Shown piece by piece: positions 15,898 to 23,546 of a DNA stretch of 41,478 bases. A model generated the notes under the pieces. It was not told the DNA's origin. It worked only from the letters and a program-made list of their open reading frames with translations, and ran no database searches. Source of the DNA: an uncultured Candidatus Saccharibacteria bacterium (GTDB lineage: Bacteria > Patescibacteriota > Minisyncoccia > Phycocordibacterales > JACOZG01); NCBI GenBank assembly GCA_964362425.1, contig CAYIEL010000001.1:1-41478 (forward strand), read 5' to 3'. Position 1 is the first letter of the stretch. Each line of letters opens with the position of its first letter. The position numbers and the translations under genes are program-made.

Positions 15898-17408
15898 AAA
15901 AGGTCACCCCTATCGCTCTGCAATCCCGACCGCCCGTGGTCGTCGTCGTTGGTCACATTGACCACGGCAAATCAACTCTGCTCGATTACATTCGAAAGAC
16001 GAGCGTCACCGAGACGGAAGCCGGCCCGCCTAGGCACGAGGCTGGCGGGATCACCCAGCGCGTTAGCGCTTATGAAGTGAAGCACCGTGACAAAACAATT
16101 ACCTTCCTCGACACACCCGGGCACGAAGCCTTCTCCAGTCTCCGCGAACGCAGTGCCAAGATTGCCGATCTCGCCATCGTCGTTGTCTCGGGCGAAGACG
16201 GAGTAAAGGCCCAAACACTGGAAGCTCTCAACGCCGTCACCGCCGCCAATCTTCCCTACCTCATTGCCATTAATAAGATTGATCGACCGACCGCCAATGT
16301 CGACCGCACGAAACAAAGCTTGACCGAAAATAGCATTCTGGTGGAAGGTTATGGCGGGACCATTCCCTGTCTCCCAATCTCGGCCAAAACCGGTGAGGGT
16401 GTGCCCGAACTGCTTGAACTTATTTTACTTATGGCCGAGATGGCTGAACTCACTACCAAGCCAACCTCTCCGGCTACCGGTTTCGTTCTGGAAGCCACGC
16501 GCCACCCGAAAACCGGTGTCATCACCACCCTGATTATCAAAGACGGAACTCTGCACTTGGGTGATTTCTTGGTGGTTGGTTCGATTGTCGGACGGATTAA
16601 AAAGTTGGAGAATTTCCGTGGTGAGAATGTCCCATCGCTTCAAGCTTCGAGTCCGGCGGTCGTCCTCGGTTTACCAGAAGTGCCGGAGGCCGGCGCTTGC
16701 TTCCGCCTCGCGCCAGACAAAAACACGGCCGAAGAAATGTCCCAAGAACCAGCCGAGGAAATAAGTGCAAGTGAAAATAGTTTAGAAAATCTAGCCGAAG
16801 GCATGACCCTTCTTCCGCTCATTCTCAAAGCCGATAACATTGGTTCGCTCGAAGCCCTTAAAAAAGAAACAGCCAAACTTAGTACCGAGACGGTTAAATT
16901 GAAAATCGTTCACACCGGTGTCGGTCAGATTACCGAGAATGACGTGAAGCTGGGTATGGGCACGCCGCCGGCGATAATTGTTGGCTTCAACGTTGTCGCC
17001 GAACGGGGGGCGATCGAGACCGCCGAGAAGTATGGAGTGACGATAAAAACTTTTGACATTATTTATCACTTGAGCGAGTGGCTCACAGAAGAAATTGCCC
17101 ACCGCACACCGGTCGTCGAAGTGGAAGAGACCATCGGTGAGATTAAGGTCCTTAAAATTTTCAGCCATGAGAAGAACCGCCAAGTGATTGGCGCGTCGGT
17201 GACGCAAGGTTATGTCGCTGATCGGCATCGGGTGCGAATTATGCGGCGCGGAGCGCCACTCGGTGAAGGCGATATCATTGAACTCAAACAGCAGAAACTC
17301 TCGGTCAGGAAGGTCGAGGAAGGCGCGCAATTCGGTGCGCTAGTGGAATCGAAAATTGCCATCGCCCCGGGTGATGCTCTGCTTATCTTCACACGCGGAC
17401 GACACTAA
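15894..17408 (+). CDS. infB: translation initiation factor IF-2 (short form)
   Basis: G domain VVVVGHIDHGKSTLLD, GGITQ, DTPGHEAF and NKID, followed by the C-terminal beta-barrel domains. Confidence 0.93.
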   Translation: MKKVTPIALQSRPPVVVVVGHIDHGKSTLLDYIRKTSVTETEAGPPRHEAGGITQRVSAYEVKHRDKTITFLDTPGHEAFSSLRERSAKIADLAIVVVSGEDGVKAQTLEALNAVTAANLPYLIAINKIDRPTANVDRTKQSLTENSILVEGYGGTIPCLPISAKTGEGVPELLELILLMAEMAELTTKPTSPATGFVLEATRHPKTGVITTLIIKDGTLHLGDFLVVGSIVGRIKKLENFRGENVPSLQASSPAVVLGLPEVPEAGACFRLAPDKNTAEEMSQEPAEEISASENSLENLAEGMTLLPLILKADNIGSLEALKKETAKLSTETVKLKIVHTGVGQITENDVKLGMGTPPAIIVGFNVVAERGAIETAEKYGVTIKTFDIIYHLSEWLTEEIAHRTPVVEVEETIGEIKVLKIFSHEKNRQVIGASVTQGYVADRHRVRIMRRGAPLGEGDIIELKQQKLSVRKVEEGAQFGALVESKIAIAPGDALLIFTRGRH

Positions 17409-17422
17409 GCTAGGATAAACCT

Positions 17423-17713
17423 ATGCGCCAGCATCATGAAGAAAGATTGACCTCCTCCGTCACTCGGCTGGCCGCCGAGTTTCTCGAACGACATCGCGGT
17501 ACGAGTTTAATCACCGTCAGCGGCGCGCAAATTGACAACAGTGGCAAATCGGTGACCATATTCATCACCGTTTACCCCGCGGAAGCCGAGAAACAGGCGT
17601 TGACCGAAACGAGGTTCTTGAGAAGCGAACTGCGCGACTTCCTCGACGCTCGTCTGCGCGGCAACTCACTGACCCACGTTGACTTCGCGCTCGACCAACG
17701 TCCCCTGGTATAA
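17423..17713 (+). CDS. rbfA: ribosome-binding factor A (tentative)
   Basis: 96 aa immediately downstream of infB, which is the conserved infB-rbfA order. The N-terminal pattern R..R....L..E is weakly RbfA-like. Confidence 0.55.
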   Translation: MRQHHEERLTSSVTRLAAEFLERHRGTSLITVSGAQIDNSGKSVTIFITVYPAEAEKQALTETRFLRSELRDFLDARLRGNSLTHVDFALDQRPLV

Positions 17714-17734
17714 TAAAAACAGAAATAAAAATTA

Positions 17735-17809
17735 GGTGCGGTGGCGAAGTGGTAACGCAGCGGTCTGCAAAACCGCAATACGCGGGTTCGATTCCCGCCC
17801 GCACCTCCA
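17735..17809 (+). tRNA. tRNA-Cys (anticodon GCA) with encoded CCA
   Basis: Acceptor ggtgcgg/ccgcacc, discriminator U, anticodon stem gcggt/accgc with loop ctGCAaa. Confidence 0.9.
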
Positions 17810-17810
17810 A

Positions 17811-17892
17811 GCCCGAGTGGCGGAATTGGTATACGCGCATGACTTAAAATCATGTCTCGCAAGGGATGTGGGTTCGACTCCCACCTCGGGCA
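17811..17892 (+). tRNA. tRNA-Leu (anticodon TAA)
   Basis: Acceptor gcccgag/ctcgggc, anticodon stem catga/tcatg with loop ctTAAaa, long variable arm. Confidence 0.9.
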
Positions 17893-17950
17893 TAAAATTT
17901 TGACCATTAACTAAATCGGCGCAATACTAATCGCAGAAAGGAGATCTTTA

Positions 17951-18187
17951 ATGCTGATGCAAATGCTTTACTGGATTTGGGCGTCAACCTTCATCTGGTT
18001 CATGGAACCAACTCCTGGAAAAATTGTCCCTTGGCGTTTCTGGACGCGACTTATTTTATGGGCGCCAGTGGTCTGGCTCGTCATCGTTCCGATTTGTAGT
18101 CTCTTCGCAATGTCATCTGTCGTCGGAATGTTTGTCTATGACGGCCTATTCCGATTCCACATTTTGCGAGAACGAGAAAAAGTTTAA
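17951..18187 (+). CDS. small hydrophobic protein, hypothetical
   Basis: 78 aa with 2-3 predicted TM helices, followed directly by a strong intrinsic terminator. Confidence 0.4.
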   Translation: MLMQMLYWIWASTFIWFMEPTPGKIVPWRFWTRLILWAPVVWLVIVPICSLFAMSSVVGMFVYDGLFRFHILREREKV

Positions 18188-18196
18188 GCGCCAACC

Positions 18197-18232
18197 CCCC
18201 CGTTAGACACGACTAACGGGGGTTTGTTTTTT
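18197..18232 (+). terminator. intrinsic terminator
   Basis: 10-bp stem cccccgttag/ctaacggggg with loop acacga, then tttgtttttt. Confidence 0.75.
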
Positions 18233-18249
18233 CGGGCTTGCTCTGCAAG

Positions 18250-18325
18250 TCCGCCCAGAGGGATTTGCATCCCCGACCGTCTGCTTAAGAGTCCGCCAGC
18301 CGGCGGATCTACTAACTGAGCTATT
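18250..18325 (-). pseudogene. degenerate tRNA-Lys-like sequence (tRNA ghost)
   Basis: Shares an identical 18-mer (cgaccgtctgcttaagag, 18274-18291 vs 18371-18388) and a 10-mer D-arm block with the adjacent tRNA-Lys. The anticodon-stem 5' half and the T-arm are replaced and no acceptor stem can be drawn. Confidence 0.5.
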
Positions 18326-18346
18326 TAACATCGATTGTAAATCCTA

Positions 18347-18419
18347 TCCGCCCGGCAGGGATCGAACCTGCGACCGTCTGCTTAAGAGGCAGCTGCTCTA
18401 CCAACTGAGCTACGGGCGG
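18347..18419 (-). tRNA. tRNA-Lys (anticodon CTT)
   Basis: The reverse complement folds: acceptor ccgcccg/cgggcgg, D-arm gctcagttggtagagc, anticodon loop ctCTTaa, T-arm gcagg-ttcgatc-cctgc. Confidence 0.85.
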
Positions 18420-18595
18420 GACCAACTAAAACAATAAATGAAAAAAAGGTTATTGTCTATTGCAAACTTGATATACCACAGTTTTCACGACCGTGATTTT
18501 TATAGTATGGGTGTAAAATTGAAACGGTCGTAAACATTTTACACCTAAGACAAAAAGTGGATGATAAAAAATTTCATGTTAAGATAGGAAGCTAG

Positions 18596-18669
18596 GCCGG
18601 AGTGGCGAAATTGGCACCATGCACTACGTTGAGTGCATGGCCGTGCACCTCGCATGGTGCACGGGACGC
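18596..18669 (+). pseudogene. truncated 5' copy of tRNA-Leu(UAG) (26 nt) interrupted by two related 9-bp hairpins
   Basis: 18596-18616 is identical to 18941-18961 (gccggagtggcgaaattggca) and gacgc recurs at 18665-18669. Between them lie the hairpins ccatgcact/agtgcatgg and ccgtgcacc/ggtgcacgg. Confidence 0.7.
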
Positions 18670-18680
18670 ATAAATTAAAT

Positions 18681-18932
18681 ATGTACTACATTTATATTCT
18701 CAGGTTAAACAACAATCAATTGTACACTGGTATAACCGACAACTTGAGGCGTCGCTTTAATGAACACAAAAATGGTGGGGTCATATCAACAAGCCATAAG
18801 CGACCAGTAAAATTGATATTTTATGAGACCTTCTTGCTGAAAAGTGATGCGACACGACGGGAAAAATACTTGAAAACAAGTAAAGGTAAAAGTACACTTA
18901 GGTTAATGTTGCGAGATTTCCTGGGCACCTAA
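18681..18932 (+). CDS. GIY-YIG nuclease superfamily protein (small, stand-alone)
   Basis: MYYIYILRLNNNQLYTGITDNLRRRFNEHKNG matches the GIY..YIG..R..H/E motif order. Start moved to the ATG at 18681. Confidence 0.8.
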   Translation: MYYIYILRLNNNQLYTGITDNLRRRFNEHKNGGVISTSHKRPVKLIFYETFLLKSDATRREKYLKTSKGKSTLRLMLRDFLGT

Positions 18933-18940
18933 AATATATT

Positions 18941-19024
18941 GCCGGAGTGGCGAAATTGGCAGACGCGTCAGCTTTAGGAGCTGATGGGAGCAATCCCTTG
19001 GAGGTTCGAGTCCTCTCTCCGGCA
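18941..19024 (+). tRNA. tRNA-Leu (anticodon TAG)
   Basis: Acceptor gccggag/ctccggc, anticodon stem tcagc/gctga with loop ttTAGga, long variable arm, T-arm ggagg-ttcgagt-cctc. Confidence 0.9.
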
Positions 19025-19045
19025 TCACTTGCATTTTTTTAGGGT

Positions 19046-19078
19046 ATAAAAAACCAGCGCTCATAGGAGAACGCTGGT
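19046..19078 (-). terminator. intrinsic terminator of the 19135..20556 gene
   Basis: The minus strand reads accagcg-ttctcctatga-cgctggt followed by ttttttat. Confidence 0.65.
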
Positions 19079-19134
19079 CGTAGTTGGGTTAAACAAACCC
19101 AGATTGTGGTAGTTACGGAGGAGTAAGAGGATCT

Positions 19135-20556
19135 TCACCCCCCTTCTTCCTCTTCAGCTGATGGCGCTGGATTTTCTCCCAGCAAGACGTCTGGCAAATT
19201 AACTAGAGTAGCTTGACCTCCGCCGCCGGCGTTGAGAACTCTGATGCCACCTTCACCGATTGACTCGGCAATACGCATCCTAGTGCCCGCACCGTCGGGA
19301 ATTGCTGCAATTTCCCGCATACCCTGAGCTTTCCCAAGATATGTCGACGCAGTCAAAGCCTTACGACCTATTGCCTTTGCTATATCCCTCCTTGCATCTA
19401 TCTCGGCCTGTCTTCTTTGTTGATTGGCCGTAAAGATACTGTCGATAGACGCCTGTAAGCCAGGATTCTGCAAACTCACACTCACAAGCGCTAGCCACAC
19501 AATTTCTTGGCCATAAGTGGGAATGGCTACTCTTCCATTCACTCCCTTAATTATTTCGGCCAGTTTGCCAGCCACTGCCTCCTTGTTCCCAAGAATCTTG
19601 TCATAATCCAAACCACCAATCCATGGCCGGATTTCATCGCGCAATTCCTTCATAATGGCTCCGAGCCACTCACCCGCCGAAGAAAGACCAGCGGTCCTGA
19701 ATAGGGTTTTCTGGGGATTGCGCGTTCGAGTTTCCATCACGAACTCTAACTTGAGTTGGATTTTTTCCTGTAGCTCTTCTTGATCTGTCCCCTCTCCTAT
19801 CTTTAATGTTCCCTTACCTGTTTCGACATTTTCCACAACAAGACCGTATAACGGGTAGGAGAAGTAGAGAGAACTCACTTCTTCTTCACGTGGGGTCATA
19901 ATAACCTCGCTAGACGGCTTGCCATCAGATGAGGTTTCCTTTTGGGCATACTTTATCCATCGGAATCGATAGTGGAAAACTCTAAACGGTGGCAAACCTA
20001 CCCAGACAACACCAAACAGTTTTTCGAACCATCCATAAGAATTAGCCCGCTTTAGCCGTTTGCAAAAGTCTGGTTTTAAGATAAACCAACTTGGCGATAC
20101 GATCACAGCACCGTCTTCATTCACCATCTGCGGATGTACCGGGACCTGATCATACTCGATTTTGATCCGCTCCACGAAAACAAGATCACTTTCTTCTAGT
20201 TCCTTGCGCACTTCCAGTAACTTGTTTTCATTGAATTCCCCAACTTCTTCACGGTGGCGTTCCGCCCAAGTCCAAAGTTCGCTAATCATTGGTTGTAGAT
20301 CAGCCGGGGATGTTTCGTCGCCAAGAAAACCCTTGAAGATATCAAAGTCGTCTGGATCGATGATATGATTTTCAACCGTCATTACATATCTTCGACAGTC
20401 CTCTCCTCTCATGAAGGCTTTGATCTCTCCTTCGGTTCTGAAAGTAACAAGGGAATCTTGTTTAGCCATTTCCGATAGCGCCCAACGCAAGGTCAAGTAG
20501 ATCACCCACAACGCCCCCACCCACAGTAAAAACCCAATCAAACTCGCAAAATTCAT
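19135..20556 (-). CDS. membrane-anchored protein with possible SPFH/band-7-like core (tentative)
   Basis: 473 aa with an N-terminal TM helix. The central FGVVWVGLPPFRVFHYRF...VENVETGKG...EFVMETRTRNPQ and an Ala/Arg-rich C-terminal helix region recall SPFH proteins. Judged by eye only. Confidence 0.3.
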   Translation of the reverse strand: MNFASLIGFLLWVGALWVIYLTLRWALSEMAKQDSLVTFRTEGEIKAFMRGEDCRRYVMTVENHIIDPDDFDIFKGFLGDETSPADLQPMISELWTWAERHREEVGEFNENKLLEVRKELEESDLVFVERIKIEYDQVPVHPQMVNEDGAVIVSPSWFILKPDFCKRLKRANSYGWFEKLFGVVWVGLPPFRVFHYRFRWIKYAQKETSSDGKPSSEVIMTPREEEVSSLYFSYPLYGLVVENVETGKGTLKIGEGTDQEELQEKIQLKLEFVMETRTRNPQKTLFRTAGLSSAGEWLGAIMKELRDEIRPWIGGLDYDKILGNKEAVAGKLAEIIKGVNGRVAIPTYGQEIVWLALVSVSLQNPGLQASIDSIFTANQQRRQAEIDARRDIAKAIGRKALTASTYLGKAQGMREIAAIPDGAGTRMRIAESIGEGGIRVLNAGGGGQATLVNLPDVLLGENPAPSAEEEEGG

Positions 20557-20651
20557 GGCAAACCCTTTCTTTTAGAACTTTTTCGATGTCAAGGTACAAA
20601 CCAAACCGTAACAATACTATCATTTTGGATAGAATTAGTCAAGGGTTTTGT

Positions 20652-20679
20652 TTGACAAAAGAATTTGGTATGATATAAT
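20652..20679 (+). promoter_or_regulatory. near-consensus sigma70 promoter TTGACA-16-(TGa)TATAAT
   Basis: -35 at 20652-20657 and -10 at 20674-20679, upstream of the 20735 gene. Confidence 0.6.
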
Positions 20680-20734
20680 CACGAGCAGTGGTAGTTTGAA
20701 GAAAAAATGAAATTGGTCTTTGAAAGGACAAACT

Positions 20735-21079
20735 ATGACTTGGTGGATGTGGGTGTTAGTTGTTTTCATCTATCTAGTGGTCGCTGATTGGGCTGAGGCG
20801 GTCTCAACTCAACTGAAAAATCGGCGATGGATACTCTGGTTTTTGCTTCATGTTCTCATTGCTCCAATCTGGATCCCACGGGTTATAATCAACGGTCTCC
20901 AGAAACTAGCAGAGTGGAAAAAACAGGGAAAAGAAACTGGAAGGATCAGTATGGAAACACGATTGGATGAAATTGAGAAGCGCCTCGTGGAATACGAAAG
21001 TGGAATCGAGTATCTAACCAAACAAGTTACTGAGTTAGTCGAAGGAACTGACCCAGTAACCAAAAAGGAAGGAGACTAG
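20735..21079 (+). CDS. small membrane protein with C-terminal coiled-coil, hypothetical
   Basis: ATG at 20735 preceded by AAAGGA. Two TM helices, then METRLDEIEKRLVEYESGIEYLTKQVTELVEG. Confidence 0.5.
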   Translation: MTWWMWVLVVFIYLVVADWAEAVSTQLKNRRWILWFLLHVLIAPIWIPRVIINGLQKLAEWKKQGKETGRISMETRLDEIEKRLVEYESGIEYLTKQVTELVEGTDPVTKKEGD

Positions 21080-21080
21080 A

Positions 21081-21998
21081 ATGGGGATTGTAAAAACAAT
21101 AAGGGAATGGCGGTGGCCGTTGGTAGTACTGGCGGGATTAAGCATTCTGTTCGGGCTGCTCCCTCAAACATTACCAACGTTTGAATTCCTAAAGAAGGTC
21201 ACGGTCTTAGAAGTTGTTGTGGTTTTTGTTTCGTTGATAGCTGTGTTGACTGTCGTTGGTTTATTTTTTCGCCGAGCGAATCTCAACAAGGCAAAGTCGA
21301 AAAGACCAGTGTCGGCTAACCCCTCAGTGCCAGGAGCAACTGAAAAAACAAAAACAGACTGGACACCATGGGCATCTTCGGCGTTAGTAATCGTTAGTTT
21401 TACCCTACTGTTCATTCTCATCGCCATTTTTTTCCCGGCGCTCTGGGAATGGTTCCTCGGTCAGGGAAAAGTATTTGGGCTATTGGTCGTAACCATATTG
21501 GTTGTGGCTCTAGCAACCAAATACAAACCAGTTTGGTGGTTAGTGGTGATAATGGGAACTGTTCTTCTGTTTAGTTGGACGAGTTTTCCACCCAATCCAC
21601 TTGATTGGCGACAATCAAGTCTAGCCAAGGCCAACCAAGCAACAACAGAGAGATGGGCCACCGCGAGCGGAGTGAGCGACCACTGGGAGTTGTGTTGGGC
21701 TAAAATCCCAAGCTCCACGGCACTTGACCCAAAAGTAAGGGAGAAATGCAACCCAGTCGTATCTTTCGATTTCCAAACTTCGGGGAAACCTAGAAGATTG
21801 GAGGCGCAGTACGAATCAGCGGGGATTTTGCGTCGTACTTTTCTAGAATGGGACTCGGAAACAGACGGCTCGTGTTGGCAAGAAGATCCGCCAGCGAAAG
21901 GTCGCTTCCAGCTCAAGGATATCGGAGGAGCATATCGTGGTTGGTGCGTAAATTCAGATACTAAAGAGGAAGGAATCTTGTGGTTAGTTAAAAAATAA
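21081..21998 (+). CDS. multi-pass membrane protein with Cys/Trp-rich C-terminal soluble domain, hypothetical
   Basis: 305 aa. AGGAG lies 8 nt upstream and the start is 1 nt after the previous stop. About 5 TM helices. Confidence 0.5.
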   Translation: MGIVKTIREWRWPLVVLAGLSILFGLLPQTLPTFEFLKKVTVLEVVVVFVSLIAVLTVVGLFFRRANLNKAKSKRPVSANPSVPGATEKTKTDWTPWASSALVIVSFTLLFILIAIFFPALWEWFLGQGKVFGLLVVTILVVALATKYKPVWWLVVIMGTVLLFSWTSFPPNPLDWRQSSLAKANQATTERWATASGVSDHWELCWAKIPSSTALDPKVREKCNPVVSFDFQTSGKPRRLEAQYESAGILRRTFLEWDSETDGSCWQEDPPAKGRFQLKDIGGAYRGWCVNSDTKEEGILWLVKK

Positions 21999-22026
21999 GA
22001 TTCCGCAGAAAGGAGAACATCAAAAA

Positions 22027-22054
22027 AGGCGGGATGCACTTCGGTGCCCCGCCT
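22027..22054. terminator. bidirectional terminator hairpin with UUCG loop
   Basis: aggcggg-atgcacttcggtgc-cccgcct, flanked by aaaaaa and ttttcttt. Confidence 0.7.
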
Positions 22055-22074
22055 TTTCTTTATGCCCTCTCCCC

Positions 22075-22118
22075 AACACCGAGTGTCTCACAAAATGTGC
22101 GACACTCGGTGTTTAACA
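22075..22118. repeat. 44-nt palindromic repeat, copy B (intergenic, overlapping the stop of a pilin-like gene)
   Basis: aacaccgagtgtctcacaaaatgtgcgacactcggtgtttaaca is an inverted copy of 15118-15161. Confidence 0.9.
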
Positions 22119-22364
22119 AGTAATCCCGGGAATTGTCTTGCAGATGACATGCATAATGCCGTAGAAGGAAATCATTATGAACATCCCGACCACTCCCCAG
22201 AGGATATGTTGTTGCCCCGTCTTGCGTGCTTCTTCATTGTCGGCATTACGAATGAACTCGAGCACGCCGTATAGGAAATAGATCAGGGCAAGGGCGAAAA
22301 GAAAATAGATAATCGGATCAACAATCGCTGTTTTGATCTTCTCGAGGAGTGGTATTGGGGGCAT
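22113..22364 (-). CDS. T4SS-pilin-like (TrbC/VirB2-like) small membrane protein, paralog 1
   Basis: 83 aa with a TM-polar loop-TM layout: LIYFLYGVLEFIRNADNEEARKTGQQHILWGVVGMFIMISFYG. Confidence 0.6.
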   Translation of the reverse strand: MPPIPLLEKIKTAIVDPIIYFLFALALIYFLYGVLEFIRNADNEEARKTGQQHILWGVVGMFIMISFYGIMHVICKTIPGITC

Positions 22365-22373
22365 TAGGCAAAG

Positions 22374-22739
22374 TTATAAACTATAACGGGGAATTTGGGG
22401 AAGCTCCGGCACATCCCCACCAGTCCTAACATTAAGGCTACTACTAAGAACCCTAACAAGTCCCCAAACCGCGGCCATGACAAAGAGAGCGATAACTCCG
22501 TAGATCATCATATTTCTTCCCGCCGCCCGTTTTTCCTCATCGACACTTCCCCCGAGAATATATTGCGCCAAGCCCCAAAAGAAGTAGAGGAGGGCAAGTG
22601 TCATGATAATCGGGATAGCAATACCCATAACATCTTGAATTCGAATCAAAATACTAGTAACTGTTTCCTGCGCGAACGCCAACACTGGCAGAAGAGCAAC
22701 CCCTATCGCGAACACTGATTTATTAAGCAATTTAGACAT
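22374..22739 (-). CDS. T4SS-pilin-like small membrane protein, paralog 2
   Basis: Signal peptide MSKLLNKSVFAIGVALLPVLAFA, then LLYFFWGLAQYILGGSVDEEKRAAGRNMMIYGVIALFVMAAVWG. Confidence 0.6.
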   Translation of the reverse strand: MSKLLNKSVFAIGVALLPVLAFAQETVTSILIRIQDVMGIAIPIIMTLALLYFFWGLAQYILGGSVDEEKRAAGRNMMIYGVIALFVMAAVWGLVRVLSSSLNVRTGGDVPELPQIPRYSL

Positions 22740-22868
22740 TATAATTTTATTTAACACTATTATTAATTAAACTAACGACCACTAATGCCCTACATTAGAG
22801 CATGTTCTAGACTAGTAACCAAGTATCGAGGGTGGATAAGGGATTGGGGTTGGGAGAAGGAGAATTTC

Positions 22869-23159
22869 TTATTTTGTCGTTGTTGGAAAACTAATTGGTT
22901 CATTCTTTAGTTCAAAAGTATTTTGCAACACCGTCACCAGGCCCCACATTGAAACCATAACAAAAATAGCAATAATTCCATAGGTCATCGTCGTGATCGC
23001 CTCTTTCCTTTTTTCGTCACTATCCGTTGACTGGATGTATTTGAGAACGCCCCAGAGAAAGTAAATTACGGTTAGCCCACCGATTAACAAAGTAATCGGT
23101 TTAAAAATGGCGCCGATAATCGTAGTAACAAGTTGTTCGAAATTTGGATTAGTAACCAT
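22869..23159 (-). CDS. T4SS-pilin-like small membrane protein, paralog 3
   Basis: VIYFLWGVLKYIQSTDSDEKRKEAITTMTYGIIAIFVMVSMWG. Confidence 0.6.
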   Translation of the reverse strand: MVTNPNFEQLVTTIIGAIFKPITLLIGGLTVIYFLWGVLKYIQSTDSDEKRKEAITTMTYGIIAIFVMVSMWGLVTVLQNTFELKNEPISFPTTTK

Positions 23160-23174
23160 ATTATTTACTATTGA

Positions 23175-23537
23175 TTAAACTTTTAATGACGTGACCGTCG
23201 TCTGAATCACCTGGGAGATGACCAGCGCGCCGAGGACAATCGCCGCGCCGATTATCGTCCAGTATAACGTCTTTTTCGCTTCGCTCAACTGCGAATCGTT
23301 CCCCTGCGCCTTGACGAAGAGGAAGCCAGAATAAACGATCGCCAGAGCGATCAAAGGAATCCCGACTTGGACGATGACATTGAGCAAGGCCGTGAGAAGA
23401 TCAAGAATAGTTTCAGAATTGAGAGGATTCTTGATAGCGGGAGAGGGTGGGGTGGGAGTTGGCCTACCATCACCAACAGGCAGTCGAGCAAAAACTTTGT
23501 TTACCAGTCCGAAAATGTTTAGTAAATAGTAAAGCAT
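23175..23537 (-). CDS. T4SS-pilin-like small membrane protein, paralog 4
   Basis: IVYSGFLFVKAQGNDSQLSEAKKTLYWTIIGAAIVLGALV. Confidence 0.6.
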   Translation of the reverse strand: MLYYLLNIFGLVNKVFARLPVGDGRPTPTPPSPAIKNPLNSETILDLLTALLNVIVQVGIPLIALAIVYSGFLFVKAQGNDSQLSEAKKTLYWTIIGAAIVLGALVISQVIQTTVTSLKV

Positions 23538-23546
23538 TTTAGTTAA

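Noticed and set aside
17565-17907. Two minus-strand ORFs (91 and 111 aa)
   Set aside because: They run antisense through rbfA, tRNA-Cys and tRNA-Leu, so they are artefacts of GC-rich tRNA sequence.
22044-22274. 76-aa plus-strand ORF containing HRVSHKMCDTRCLTS, the same peptide as in the nifS-like protein
   Set aside because: The shared peptide is a by-product of the 44-nt DNA repeat. The ORF is antisense to a well-formed pilin-like gene and starts inside a terminator, so the similarity is at the DNA level and does not indicate a protein family.
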